From positions 27,748,150 to 27,812,149 of the forward strand of contig NC_134026.1 of assembly GCF_964204645.1 (NCBI RefSeq): a DNA stretch of 64,000 nucleotides, written 5' to 3'. The stretch's first letter is position 1; every line of letters begins with the position of its first letter. The position numbers were made by a program, and so were the translations under genes. Positions 12,813 through 24,889 of this stretch are shown piece by piece. The stretch comes from Tubulanus polymorphus (taxonomy: Eukaryota; Animalia; Nemertea). The notes below the pieces were generated by a model that made no database searches, was not told the DNA's origin, and was given only the letters and a program-made list of their open reading frames with translations.

Positions 12813-12914
12813 ATTGGTACTTTTCATTGGTCAGGATCAGTGACGTCACACTGTCAGTATAAAAACTCAGGTCAGCTGATCCCTCTTTCCAGTTCGGCCA
12901 TTTTTCAGGTAAGC
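12813..12914 (+). promoter_or_regulatory. Canonical Pol II core promoter and first non-coding exon inside the giant element
   Basis: ATTGG (inverted CCAAT) at 12813 and 12826, CRE TGACGTCA 12841-12848, TATAAAAA 12858-12865, Inr-like CCAGTT with A at 12891, donor CAG/GTAAGC at 12908/12909. Confidence 0.65.
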
Positions 12915-14445
12915 AAACGTCATCCATTTTATTTATTCATTTCGATCAAATTCATTTTATTAATCTTACTTGTAAATGTTATACATAGACCTTAGGTTTC
13001 GCACACGAGACAATTTCCAAAGTTCCGAAAGTTCGGATTACACTATATAGGTGTTTAATTATGACATTTCCATTGTGACGTTCCTTTTGCTCAAAATTGT
13101 CCAAATTGTGTTTTAAATATTTAGAATTAAATTACAACATTTGATTTTCAATTTAGCTCTCGTAATAATGAAGACGTTATTGTGATTTTATTGAGGAAAT
13201 GGAAATTTATCAAATTTATTTATGAAATTTTCAGTTTTTCTGGTGTTCAAATCTACGCGCTAAAGCGGCTAGTTGACATGCCTAGGTGTAATACACAGAC
13301 AGCTCAGTCTATTCAACCATGACTCGAATCCATAGAATCCTTTCATTCGAAACGTCGTTCAACTTAATTCTGGTGGCTTCTATATCTAATATTTGAAAAT
13401 AATGATGCCCAATAATTTAATGTTAATTATATTATCATTCAATATAAAGAGTTAGCTATTTCTTAGAATCAATAATTTTTGATTTTCTTGATTTTAATAA
13501 CATTTGTTTTACATTGCAGTAACAGCAGCAGTTAATATAACCAGCGACAGCAGCAAGACAACATCACCAATTGAACATTCCAACTACCAAACTACGAATA
13601 CCACAACTACAACTATATTACAACTCAACAGGACACCATGTCAACCAAATCAGACATTTTCTTGGGACTTCTAAAATTGGTGCGCGCCGAGGTCCTGACC
13701 TTGGATGCTGAATCCCTCGGCGCGTTTTTTGATTTGAGTAAGTACAAACTTTACTTCATCAATCTTAATTAGTTCATCTTGAGTATCTCGAATTCTTTTT
13801 TGACAGACATCTCAAATTATTTGATTTCTTATATCTGAAATTATTTGATCTCAAATTCACAATTATTTTATCTCAAATCTCGCATTATTGGATTTCCTAA
13901 ATCTCAAATTGTCTCAATTATTTCGAATATCATCAATTTGAAAATCTAATATCATCTAATGTCAATTTCATTCAATCCTCTTTAATTTTGGAAAACTCAA
14001 TTTATGTCTCACACTGATTTAATTTTGAAAATATCATTTTATGTTTCTAGTCTTTTATTCTATTTCAAATTTCAATTGTTCGAGTATAAATTTTTCGTTT
14101 TGACAAATGTTGCAATTTTGTCACCACTCTTAAACTCGATTGAATTTGTTAACAAATCTAATAGTGAATAAAGTTTGATTTGAATTGAATTGAATAGCGA
14201 GTAGAGGCTCTGGTGGATGAGAATTAACTTGAGGAAGTAACTTCATTTCCTGGTTGGTTTCAAATATCGTCGAAATTTTGAAATATTCCTCATGTTATTC
14301 ATGTGAATGCTGTGTCCAGTCAATAGAGAGTTACAACATAAATAGTTTAGACTGTCTAGGCCTCCAGACCAATGCACTTCATAGAAAATCCTGATTTATG
14401 TTTGATAAAGCAAGTAATTGGACTGCGCAGTTCAGTCCATTTAGT

Positions 14446-15221
14446 CACAGGGGTTTGGCGATGGGCTTGGATTTTATTTCCGGGTTGTTGATAATCTCGC
14501 GAGAATGGCGCTAAATATGAACTGCAAATAAATTCAAAATATCATAGAAATACCTTGTGTTTATATTGTTTATTTATCCGCCATTAAGTTCCGATAAACA
14601 ATTGGTCGTTAAGGATCATTATCAGACGGTCGTCACGCTACTATATAAAATAACAAGGGATGAAACGCAGTTCAATTCATGCCAGCCAGAAAGTTGGGAC
14701 AGTCACGTGACAGTCGCGCTTCTTATTTGAATGAATGCAAACCCGAAGCATCTAAGATGGAAACTATGATACGAAAAATATTTGAGATTAACTTACATTC
14801 AAATGCATTTTTTTTCTATGAATTATATATTTGATCACAATTTATTCTTTATAAATTATTAATTTCATATGAATCATAATCTGACAATTGATACCGGTCT
14901 GTGAATATGTTAACTTTTCATGTTAAAGTTTTAAATGTGATGACATCATCAGAATGTCACGTGACTGTCCCAACTTTCTGGCTGGCACAACTCTGAAGGC
15001 GTTTCATCCCTTGTTCTTTTATATAGTAGCGTGACGACCGTCTGATAATGATTCTTAACGACCAATTGTTTATCGAAACTTTATAGCGGATAAATAAACA
15101 ATATAAACACAAGGTATTTCCGTGATATTTTGAATTTATTCGTAGTTCATATTTAGCGCCATTCTCGCGAGATTATCAACAACCCGGAAATAAAATCCAA
15201 GCCCATCGCCAAACCCCTGTG
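14446..15221. mobile_element. 776-bp MITE with ~267-bp TIRs and 8-bp TSD (P-element- or hAT-like)
   Basis: Arms 14446-14712 and 14955-15221 are near-perfect inverted copies beginning CACAGGGGTTTGGCGATGGGC. CATTTAGT directly flanks both ends (14438-14445, 15222-15229). Confidence 0.9.
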
Positions 15222-15229
15222 CATTTAGT

Positions 15230-15520
15230 CAGTAAGCAGACTTCAGTTTCCCTTACAGTTTAGTCCATATTTTAATCAGTAACTGGACTGGCCGGGTTTA
15301 GTCCATAGTGTATTTAGTCAATAACTGGACTGCGCGGTAGTCCATAGTTAAGTCAATAACTGGATTGCGGTTTAGTCCATATTTTAGTCAATAACTGGAC
15401 TGCTGTGTAGTCCATCGTTTAGTAAATAACTGGACTGCGGTTTAGTCCATAGTTTAGTCAATAACTGGACTGCGGTTTAGTTGATAGTTTAGTCAGGAAC
15501 CGGATGGCTGTTTAGTCCGT
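15230..15520. repeat. ~34-bp minisatellite (TTTAGTCAATAACTGGACTGCGGTTTAGTCCATA)
   Basis: About 8 degenerate tandem copies. One more unit lies left of the MITE at ~14410-14445, so the MITE interrupts the array. Confidence 0.8.
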
Positions 15521-15944
15521 ATCCAGATACCTGTCACAGATACGTTTAAATACCCGTTTAGATACCGCTAAAAAGCACTAATTTTTACGGTACTTTCGTT
15601 TTTCTCTGCGACTCCAGGATCCGAAAACATGTGATTTTTTTTTATTAATCATTCATCAATCGTCAGGAAATTCAGGATCACTATTTTTGATTGATTGGTT
15701 AAACTTTGTTCCTGGTATCTCAAGGTAGTTGCTCAAAACAGTTTGAGATCCCGAGATTATGGCGGGAAGGAGGTATATCTCGCAACTGCTATCATGAGCT
15801 TATCTGCGAACTAGTCTCAAGCCACACCCACTCAATGTTTATACTAGATCTAAACTGATGTTTGTAACGAATGTCGTTCACTAGCTCAGCTCATAGTCTG
15901 AATCTTCATCGTCTTTTTTAGCTGCACCAAAGCATACGGTCCCA

Positions 15945-16125
15945 GTGGTTTAGTCAGTATCTGGACCACAGTTTAGTCAGTATCTGGACCACAGTTTACT
16001 CAGTATCCGGATGACAGTTTAGTCAGTATCCGGATGACAGTTTAGTCAGTATCTGGACCACAGTTTAGTCAGTATCTGGACCACAGTTTAGTCAGTATCC
16101 GGATGACAGTTTAGTCAGTAACTGT
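15945..16125. repeat. 22-bp minisatellite (CAGTTTAGTCAGTATCTGGACCA-type)
   Basis: About 8 tandem copies alternating between CTGGACCAC and CCGGATGAC variants; related to the 34-bp array. Confidence 0.85.
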
Positions 16126-19100
16126 GAGATTTATTTCGTTCTGAGACCAGATTTTATCAAATTTCCTCTAGCTGTTCTTCAGATAGGCCTACCCTTTGAC
16201 TTAATGTTTAATTTTCAGAATTCTATTATTTTCTTAAAGTAAAAAGTATTTCCTCTACCGTTATCCAGGCCTGACATTGATCTAGGTCTATCCTGTTTTA
16301 CACCTTACAAGTTCGACGTGGACATTTCGTATTGTTTTTTCTGTAAACGGCTGCAGCTGTATTTATAGTGAATTATTCCACTGAATGATTCTATACTTGA
16401 AGGGTAAGTAGTGACTTAATTGAAATACTTAATGAATTCATGTGAAATAGGCCTAATTCTAAATATCATTTATTGTTCGCTGTTTAATGATGTATGATTT
16501 TTGATAGATAAAAATCTTATCATTATTTGTAGTGAATGGATTTAATTGTATGAAAGTACAGCAGCGGACAGTATGGTGTGAAATGGTTGTTACCCCTAGT
16601 GGTTGTTTCTGAAAATAAAAGTTGAAGTTTTTTGTTTGATGATGAAAATACAGAAGATATTTGAATGAAATTTTTTGTGTCGTTTTTCTGTTTGTCATGA
16701 AATGAAAATGAATTAAACTTACTTAGCAAAAACCATAGGGAAATGTGCAGTAATCGAAGGAAATATCACAATTTTTGGAACTAAAATTTGGTGAAAATTC
16801 ATTTTAGATAAAAATCTTTTCAAATGTATCGCATTTTATTGGATTTTTTGCCCTTAATGATACTGTAGACTTTGCTTAAACTGGTAGACGGTCTATATCT
16901 GGTATAATTTGTTCAATTCGATGAAATAAAGATATGTTGTTTTTCAACACATATTTCCCGTTTTCTGGTATTGCTCTGTTCGATGATAATAATGATGATA
17001 ATATTATGGGTCTAATATAGACCTAAATCCAGCAGCTGCTCAGGGCGCTTCACATTTTCCCTTTTTTTGCCCCAGCCGATCACTTCAGTTCCGTTTATTC
17101 TCTGCCTAAATCGGTAAACTGTAATGGCTGTTCGCCTATATTATAGAATACGTGTATGTACTATCAACCTTCTATCTCTGTTAGCAAAAATACATAAAAA
17201 CATAAGAACATCTTTACGTATTTTTGCTGTTAGTGATTAGGCCTTGTGTTCTATTAATGCACACGCATGACTCAAACTGGTCATAGTTTCCATTACTCAA
17301 CGAGGACGTCACAAATGGACTGAATCGGAGGAAAATGTTGCGGGATAAAGAAACATGAAATGTCCAGTCTATTGAAGCACTTGTGTCTAGTATATTATCT
17401 CTTTCAGCGCCCATGTGAAATAAGAGAAAAACCCATCATTGTTACCTAAAAAGTAGGAAAATCAGTAGAATCTTTGGAGCTCCGTAGAGTGAAAACTGTA
17501 AGAGCTTTATGGCAATTGAAAAGTTTGTAGGGTATGACCCTTGGAAAATTTTGGTGATAATTTTTCTTACTGGATGTGACGTCCTATGCAAATGAGCTAA
17601 TTTGCATAAATTATAATCGGTGACCTATTTATTTGATAACCCCCCTAAATTTCAGGTATCAAAATGAACAAATCGGGTATCTAGCCTCAGCTAACAGCTG
17701 ACAATATGTAATATTCTATGTCTACAGTCAGAAATATATATTGTATGGGTAAATTGTAATTAGAAAATGAGCTAATGATTAAACGACAGGGCACTGTACG
17801 ACCTGAAATAATCCGTAGACGAAAGTGGACTGTGCTCTGAAAGAGTTATAGAAGGAATTTGGGGATTCACTACATGGTCAGATTGTATAAAATACAAAGA
17901 AATTGATAATTGTGACCGCTTATAGGCTCAATAAATCTTTTTATCAATTGATTTTTGCAATTCTTAAAAACCGGTAACTGCCTAATTAGGTAAAAAATGA
18001 AGGTGCCAAACTGTAGCGGATTTTAGGCGGAGTCTACTGCATAATGAATACCAGTTGAAATGGCTGTGCATGGAATTTTGTTGATCTGAATAAATCAATG
18101 GCTGGTGTAAGATTATACATTCTAGGTAAGTTATATAATGAATATGTGGAGTACCGATAGGCCTATTGCTGACAATGAATATTCTATTGGGAATAATGAA
18201 TTACAGCCATTTGTGGTGATAGTTAAATATTGTTCTTCAAAATGAATGTTTTTTATTTGTAGTGAGTGTTGTTTCTGAAGGTGCAGTAGCGGGCAGTTTT
18301 GTGTGAAATGGTTTTTACTGGTTTTAGATTCAGGGAAGTGAAATTATTTATGTCGTTTTTCTGTTTTAATTCATGCTGTAAATAGTTTAAACAATAAAAT
18401 ATAAAAAAATCAGTCATAATTTTATCTTCATTTTTGAGAAAATATAATGTTCACACTTGCCTCATGTTCAGAGGAAATAAAATGCAAATTCTCCCACTTA
18501 CCGTGGATGGAGTGTGGCCCTGTATGCAATAAAAAAGTGTTCTACAAAATAATTGAATAGATTTCTGAAGTGTGGACACATTTTTCACACATCCAATCGA
18601 AAAGTAATTACTGAATAAAAGGAATTATCGATTAATTTTTTGTTGATACAGCGCGACATCTGTTTTAAATGAGATCTTTTATCGTTGCAAAGTTTTCGTT
18701 TCAATTGGTTGATAAATGATACATAAATGAAAAGTTATCATGCGTGTCATTCCAAAGAGTTCCCAGATTTTGAAACAATGGTCATGGGTTAACAATTCCA
18801 TTGATTATTCATTATAATGTATAGTTTTTGTCACTTGGAACGTCATCACCCCGAGACAAAAAATCAAGTGTATTTTTGATTCATGATTTGCTACCAAAAT
18901 TGATTGTCAAGGTTGTAGGATGTAATTTATTACAATCAGTAGTTCCAGTAATGAATTAACAAAAGTGTAAGTCGCCAGCAACTTGCAAAGTACCCGTCCA
19001 CGTACAGGGTTGGTTCTGAAATATATAAGTATATAAGACATAAAAATACCATTATAAAATGTGTATTGAAAGATTCAATTATCAGCCTCACTGATGATAT

Positions 19101-20724
19101 ACTGTCGACTTATCGTTATTATGTAATGGATGATGCAAATCATGAGAGCGGTAAAAAGTGTAGTTACAACAGAGTAAGTTGTACAACCGTATCGTGCAAC
19201 CAGTGATATGATCACTTCTCACAAAATAAGCTTACGATCACTTCCAAACGTACAAATGACCCTTCTTACCCAACTTTCTTCTTTGTTGCCATCACGTCAC
19301 ATTCACCTATTGGATAACTGCATCATTTTATAGGTTAATATCTACAAATACGATAATTATATGCGAACATGTCATTATGTCATTTATGTGCAATATGCAT
19401 GATCCTTAATGTTTTTTTTTTTCATTCCAGATTTAGACATCATTCAAAATATAAAAAAAGACCAGTCTGAAGCAGCCCGCAGAGCCCTTCCAGGATTGGA
19501 AGACCATTTCAAAAGGTGCGTAACATCTATCTGCGGGCCTAAGGAACCAACTCTTCCTGAAATAATACCACCTTTTGAGTTGGTTCCTGTGCAGGAGGTG
19601 GACCCTGCTTCTCCTGTAAATGTGGAGCAGGAGGTCACCCCTCAAGTGGTGACCCCGGCAGAGGCGCCACAGCTTCAGACGCCTTCACTGCATCGGTCGC
19701 CCCGTCGAAATACAAAAGAGATAGATTATACAGAAGGTACAGGGCGTCCGAAATCCAAAAAAAAGGCAAACGTGCAGCTCGTCCTCCCCCACTTCCGCAA
19801 CCAAATTTTGAGGAGGAGAGCAGTGATGAGGAGGAATTCGCCACTCCTGGAGCGCCACCACCAGGGCCCGCAACACCATCACCTCGCGATGATGATATTA
19901 CTCCACCACGACCACCACGACAACCACCTACAACTACTACTAATTCTACTACTACTACCACTACTACCACTACTAAGAAAAGACGACCACGACCACCTAC
20001 TTCAACTCCTACTAATACTACTACAACTCCGACAACTAGATCAAATAATACAAGAAATAGAAAAAGAAGACTTGAAGATGAAGAAAGTGATGATGATTAC
20101 GAAAATAATAATCGGCATCGACAGCCCAGGCATCGACATCGGGCGCTCCAAAGGGGCCACCACCTTCCCCCGCTGTCGAGCTCATCGCGCGCGGCCCTGG
20201 TTGGTCACGAAACATCGAATATAAAGATCCTATTTAAATGCTCCGTGACGTTGAAGGGGCCTTTAAAGGCAAATATGAATTAGTTAAACGCAGGCGAACA
20301 CATTAATATAATATAGCCCCTTCACTCGCCATTACCCGGGCAACAACATCAGCCCCTGCACGTCTGCAGATCGGCACTTCTTGAAACTCAGTTTTCCCTT
20401 CCTCCTTCGTCGATCTGCAGGTTGCGCAGTGTTAAATATCTGTCAACACTCCTTGAACCAGTGGGCGTGCAGTCCTTCCTTATTTTTATTTGAAAAAAAA
20501 TATGAAAAAATAAAAACCAGCCTTGTAAATATGGATTTTATGGAGTTTTACGGTTAATCTCCAAAAAAATTTAAAAAGATAAAAATTTAAAAAAATTCAT
20601 AATCATTTCATCAATTTATTTATTTTTTGGATAAAAGGAAATTTTTATCCATCATCTCATTCATATACATTTTATATCATTTATTTATTTCTTTTTTTTG
20701 ACTGTACGTCCCACTGTGTTCCAC

Positions 20725-21092
20725 ACCATTTTTGTTCCGACCCATATTCATTAAACAGCTCCTAGTAGCGTAGATTTAACTCCATTCAGTATTAGGAAAA
20801 AATGGAGACAAAGTCAGGAAGTCGTGAGACAATTCTGGCATCAGTGGATTAAGGAGACATGACCTCAACTCAGTGTACGCAGAAAATGGTATTCTACAAG
20901 TCAAAACGTCAGCGTTGGAGAGGTAGTCTTAGTTATCGACAAGGATACTCCTAGACGTCAATGGAAGTTAGCAACTAATGCGCAGGTTTATCCAGGAAAG
21001 GACAATCTCATTTGAGTTGTAGACTTTAAAACCGAGAAGAAAGTCTACAAACGTTCGATCGGAAGCGTGTGTCTACTTGAGTTGAACTGTTT
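20725..21092 (+). pseudogene. Decayed BEL/Pao retrotransposon C-terminal (post-integrase, DUF5641-like) fragment
   Basis: Translates as RKKWRQSQEVVRQFWHQWIKET*PQLSVRRKW...VGEVVLVIDKDTPRRQWKLA...YPGKDNLI*VVDFKTEKKVYKRSIGSVCLLE, the same motif order as the C-terminus of the intact element at 46643. Confidence 0.8.
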
Positions 21093-21164
21093 AAAGAACT
21101 AAAGGGATTATGAAATGATCGATTCGAGGAAACGGATATGCGTTAAGATTCATTGTGCTTCTCA

Positions 21165-21500
21165 CAGTGCTGAAGCATTTACCATCTTTGCTTCTACTTT
21201 GCAGTAGTAACCATCCATACCACCTGATTGTGGAAGTAGCCTTCTTAGGAGTCATCTATCCTAATCCTATGGTCAGCCTTTTCAAATGTCTTTCGGGATA
21301 TAGACCATCCTTACTACTACTTCTATTACAACACCTTATTATTAAGGTTCATTTTGCTTCTCATGATGCTGAAGCATTTACCATCCTTGCTACTACTTTG
21401 CAGCAGTAACCATCCATACAACCTGATTGTGGCAGTAGCCTTCTTAGGAGTCATCTATTCTAATGCTATGGTCGGCCGTTGTAAATCTCTTTCGAGATAT
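21165..21500. repeat. Direct duplication of a ~135-bp segment (period ~197 bp)
   Basis: TGCTGAAGCATTTACCATC...CCATCCATAC.ACCTGATTGTGG.AGTAGCCTTCTTAGGAGTCATCTAT occurs at ~21168 and ~21367. Confidence 0.75.
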
Positions 21501-21564
21501 GCAGGGAATCAATTCCTACAATAACTCCCATGGAGTTTGAAAAAAGTGGATTTTTCAAATCAAA

Positions 21565-21735
21565 AGGAACAGCTATGATTCACATAATGTGATTCTTTAT
21601 CGAACTTTATCGGAACATGGAGAAGGAATAGCTATGTTTCACACATAATGTGTTTCCTTATGAAGCTGAAAATAACATGGAGAAGGAACAGCTATGTTTC
21701 ACATAATGCGATTCCTTAGGAAACTACATTGAAAC
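21565..21735. repeat. ~59-bp tandem repeat, 3 copies
   Basis: AAGGAACAGCTATGTTTCACATAATGTGATTC recurs at ~21564, 21623, 21683. Confidence 0.75.
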
Positions 21736-22369
21736 ATATTGTTCAATGTTCCATGTTGCCCCTCCCCCCAAATACTATGACGTTTATACGTCAATGTAAA
21801 ACCATTATATCGTTATTAACATACTTGTTTTTCTAATTACAGAATTAAAGATTAATTTAATATGACATGAAAACTTGAATGATTGAAATGTTAATATCTA
21901 ATGCTCAATGACGGAGGTAAATCCTTCACATGTGATCGGAGGGATTTAAAATGTTTACTCATAAGGAAAAGGAATATATATTTATATACGTGAGATTGCC
22001 TGGATTAAAAATTGCGCAAGAAAGGAAACCACAGCAAAGACTACGGTAATCAATTTCATTACATTTCTAAGATGTGAAACCATCACCATCTGGATCGGTG
22101 GTCAATGCATGAATTTATGAGTTCATAATTGAACATAGGATATAATGCTAAGATCTGCAAAAATGCAATGATTAAGAATCTCTGATAAAGAAAGTATAAA
22201 ATAAAGATCTTGGATTGGAAAGTTTGTTGTTATCAATCACATTAGTGATTGGCTTTTATTGATTGATATTGATCTCAACTGATTCTAACGATCACCAGGA
22301 TCAAGGGTTGAGTTCAAAATTCTTGTTAATAATTAGTCTTAATTAATCTCTTGTTGAAATCAATAAGGC

Positions 22370-22530
22370 ATATGAGAGAGGAGGTTCAGGGAGGTATGAG
22401 AGAGGAGGTTCAGGGAATATGAGAGAGGAGTTTATGGAGATATGATAGAGGAGTTTATGGAGATATGATAGAGGAGTTTAGAGAGATATGAGAGAGAGAG
22501 AGAGGAGTTTAGAGAGATATGATAGAGGAG
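22370..22530. repeat. GA-rich minisatellite (TATGAGAGAGGAGGTTCAGGG / TATGATAGAGGAGTTTATGGAGA)
   Basis: About 7 tandem 22-24-bp units. Confidence 0.8.
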
Positions 22531-23464
22531 ATAGTCTAAAAGGAAAATTGTTAAGTTCATAACAATCGATCAACTCAGTAATAGACACCGCTCTGATATA
22601 GTAACTCCTGGTCCTTGATTAGGGTCTAAATTGCAGGAATTGCGTTTAGCCATTGAAATATGGTTGATAGAGCGTGGAATTGTTTCCATTTAGGCAAGCA
22701 ATGCATAAAACACATGTCAGATTAAGGCTGTTGAGAGTGAATTATCAATAGATTTAAGAAATCGAGGATGAAGTTGTTTTCAAGAGGTCGATCATTCATA
22801 TGGTTGTTAATCAGATCAGGTTCTCAGGTGCTTCCTTCGTCCCCAAAAACTGCATAAGTTGTATCAAAGTATGTGATATAACCTACTAATTGATTATATG
22901 AAAAATGGCTATTTTTAGTTTCTCAGCCACTTTGCAATTATTGTTGTGAAGAGGTCACAAAATCCAAACTTAAACCAGCATCATCAATAGATTTCTACTG
23001 ACTGAGACCCGGTCATACTGCACATGTTGAACAGTTTGTTGTATTTTTGTGGTACCAGTTTCTCACGTTCCAAGATAGAACAAAGTTCCTAAATTTTGAG
23101 TCCTTCAGTGCTGAAATTCCAATTTACTACAAACTTCCTAATCTTAACTTTCCAAAAGTTTAAATTTTTCCTAATATATCTCTTGTTGAAGATTTCATTC
23201 CAGTTCTCAAAATTAATTACGGTTTTTGAATATCTGCGAAATATCATTAATTATTTTCCTGGTTTCATTTTTACTATTGCCCAAAAGCATATTTTATGTG
23301 AATTATTATCGCTATTATTGGATTCTTTCAATGATGTTTTGGTTTGATATTATGATTGATCAAGGTGATCCATCTAAATCTATTACATTGGTATGAATTA
23401 TGAAATATTCATATCTGCAAACATTTCATTGATACTTCTAAACTAGTAATTCTGAAAACACTCT

Positions 23465-23865
23465 AAAAACTATTTTACCCGTATTTTTAGGACAATTGTA
23501 GAAAGTATTTTAAATTATCTCAATTTTAAAGTATCTATAATATGTAAAACTATTTTATTTCAATTTTAAAAAGATGGAAGAGACTATTTTATATCTGAAT
23601 TTTAAAACACCTGTGATATCTAAAAACTATTTTATCTGAATTTTAATCTATTAAAGAAACTATTTTATATCTGAATTTTAAAATACCTGTGATATCTAAA
23701 AACTATTTTATCTGAATTTTATACTATTTCATTTGTATGTATTTTATCTCAAAGTATCTTTTTAAACTATTTTATTTGTATACATTTAAAAAACTATTTT
23801 TTTTGTTTATATTTAAAAACTATTTTATTTTTTATATTAAAAAACTATTTTGTTTGTATACATTC
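23465..23865. repeat. Degenerate AT-rich tandem repeat (AAAAACTATTTTAT core)
   Basis: Core recurs about 10 times with variable spacing. Confidence 0.65.
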
Positions 23866-24249
23866 CTTTTAGAACAATGATTTATTTGTATTTCAATACT
23901 AACTAAAAGATCAATTTAATGAAATATTTTATATTTGACTATCACTGTGTATATTCGAAGCCCAGTGATTTCATGAGAATGGAATAACTGAAGGTCCAGG
24001 TTTTATCACCGAATACTCTTTGACACAATTACGTGGTCCACAACACAGATATAAATAGTGGTTATATAAAAGGCCCATGTTGTATATAGTGCACGCATAA
24101 AGAGCTTTTACTCGCAGTTGATATAGGCTTAGTAAATATGAAATGTGATTGAGAACGTTTTCTCATACTTTCTTTACCTTTGTAGTTTTTTTCAATTTTT
24201 ATTAATTCAGTGAATTATCTACTCATTTTCAGTTGGTGTTTCACTATCA

Positions 24250-24418
24250 TGGAATGCGATGAATAAAAAACAGTCCGAGTGTATTTTTCATATGATATTT
24301 TCAGCGTCCCGTCGTATGAAATTTTGAATTTTTAATTTGATGTCATCTCAAGAAAATATATGACTGAAAACATCATATGAAAAATACACTCAGATTGTTT
24401 TTCATTTATCTCGTTCCA
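24250..24418. mobile_element. Small foldback element
   Basis: GAGTGTATTTTTCATATGATATTTTCAG (~24277) is inverted as CTGAAAACATCATATGAAAAATACACTC (~24364); imperfect pairing extends to TGGAA...TTCCA ends. Confidence 0.6.
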
Positions 24419-24889
24419 TACAATACAGGACTCAGTTCCACAGTTTGATTTGGATACAAGAATTTAGATACATATTTGTTGCATAACTGTGGAACTGGGT
24501 GTTGTTAAATTGTGAGCATGATGTTTATGATTAATCACTAGTGCGTTTTGAACTAGATATTAAAACTTTGGTTTCAAGTTAACCTTAGTTTAGATTAGTT
24601 GGTTTTTGTTTAGTTATTTTAGTAATTTTCGCTGTTTATGAATTTAATTCGTTGCAGTTGATTTAAGTCTAATTTAGTTAAAGTTTTAGTTCATTTAGGT
24701 CAAGTTGATTAAGTTTTAACTATAGCTGTTAACTTAATTAAAGTGTAAACCTCTGATAAACTGAGGGTCAATTCATCTTATGATAAGTTACACTCGGGTA
24801 TATTAATCAATAATCCCGTTTAAGATCTCCTTTTTTTATGTGGTTCGGAGATTTTCACTGAATAAAATAGTAACATCTTAGAATGTGAT

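Larger units (their letters stand above)
13638..20306 (+). pseudogene. Spliced orphan cargo gene (low-complexity P/T/E/R-rich protein) with apparent frameshifts
   Basis: Exon 13520-13737 has ACCATG at 13638 (MSTKSDIFLGLLKLVRAEVLTLDAESLGAFFDL, phase-1 donor GTAAGT). It joins in phase to acceptor TTCATTCCAG/19431 (NLDIIQNIKKDQSEAARR...). The natural-looking sequence continues in the -1 frame after the A8 run at 19757-19764. AATAAA at ~20509. Confidence 0.6.
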
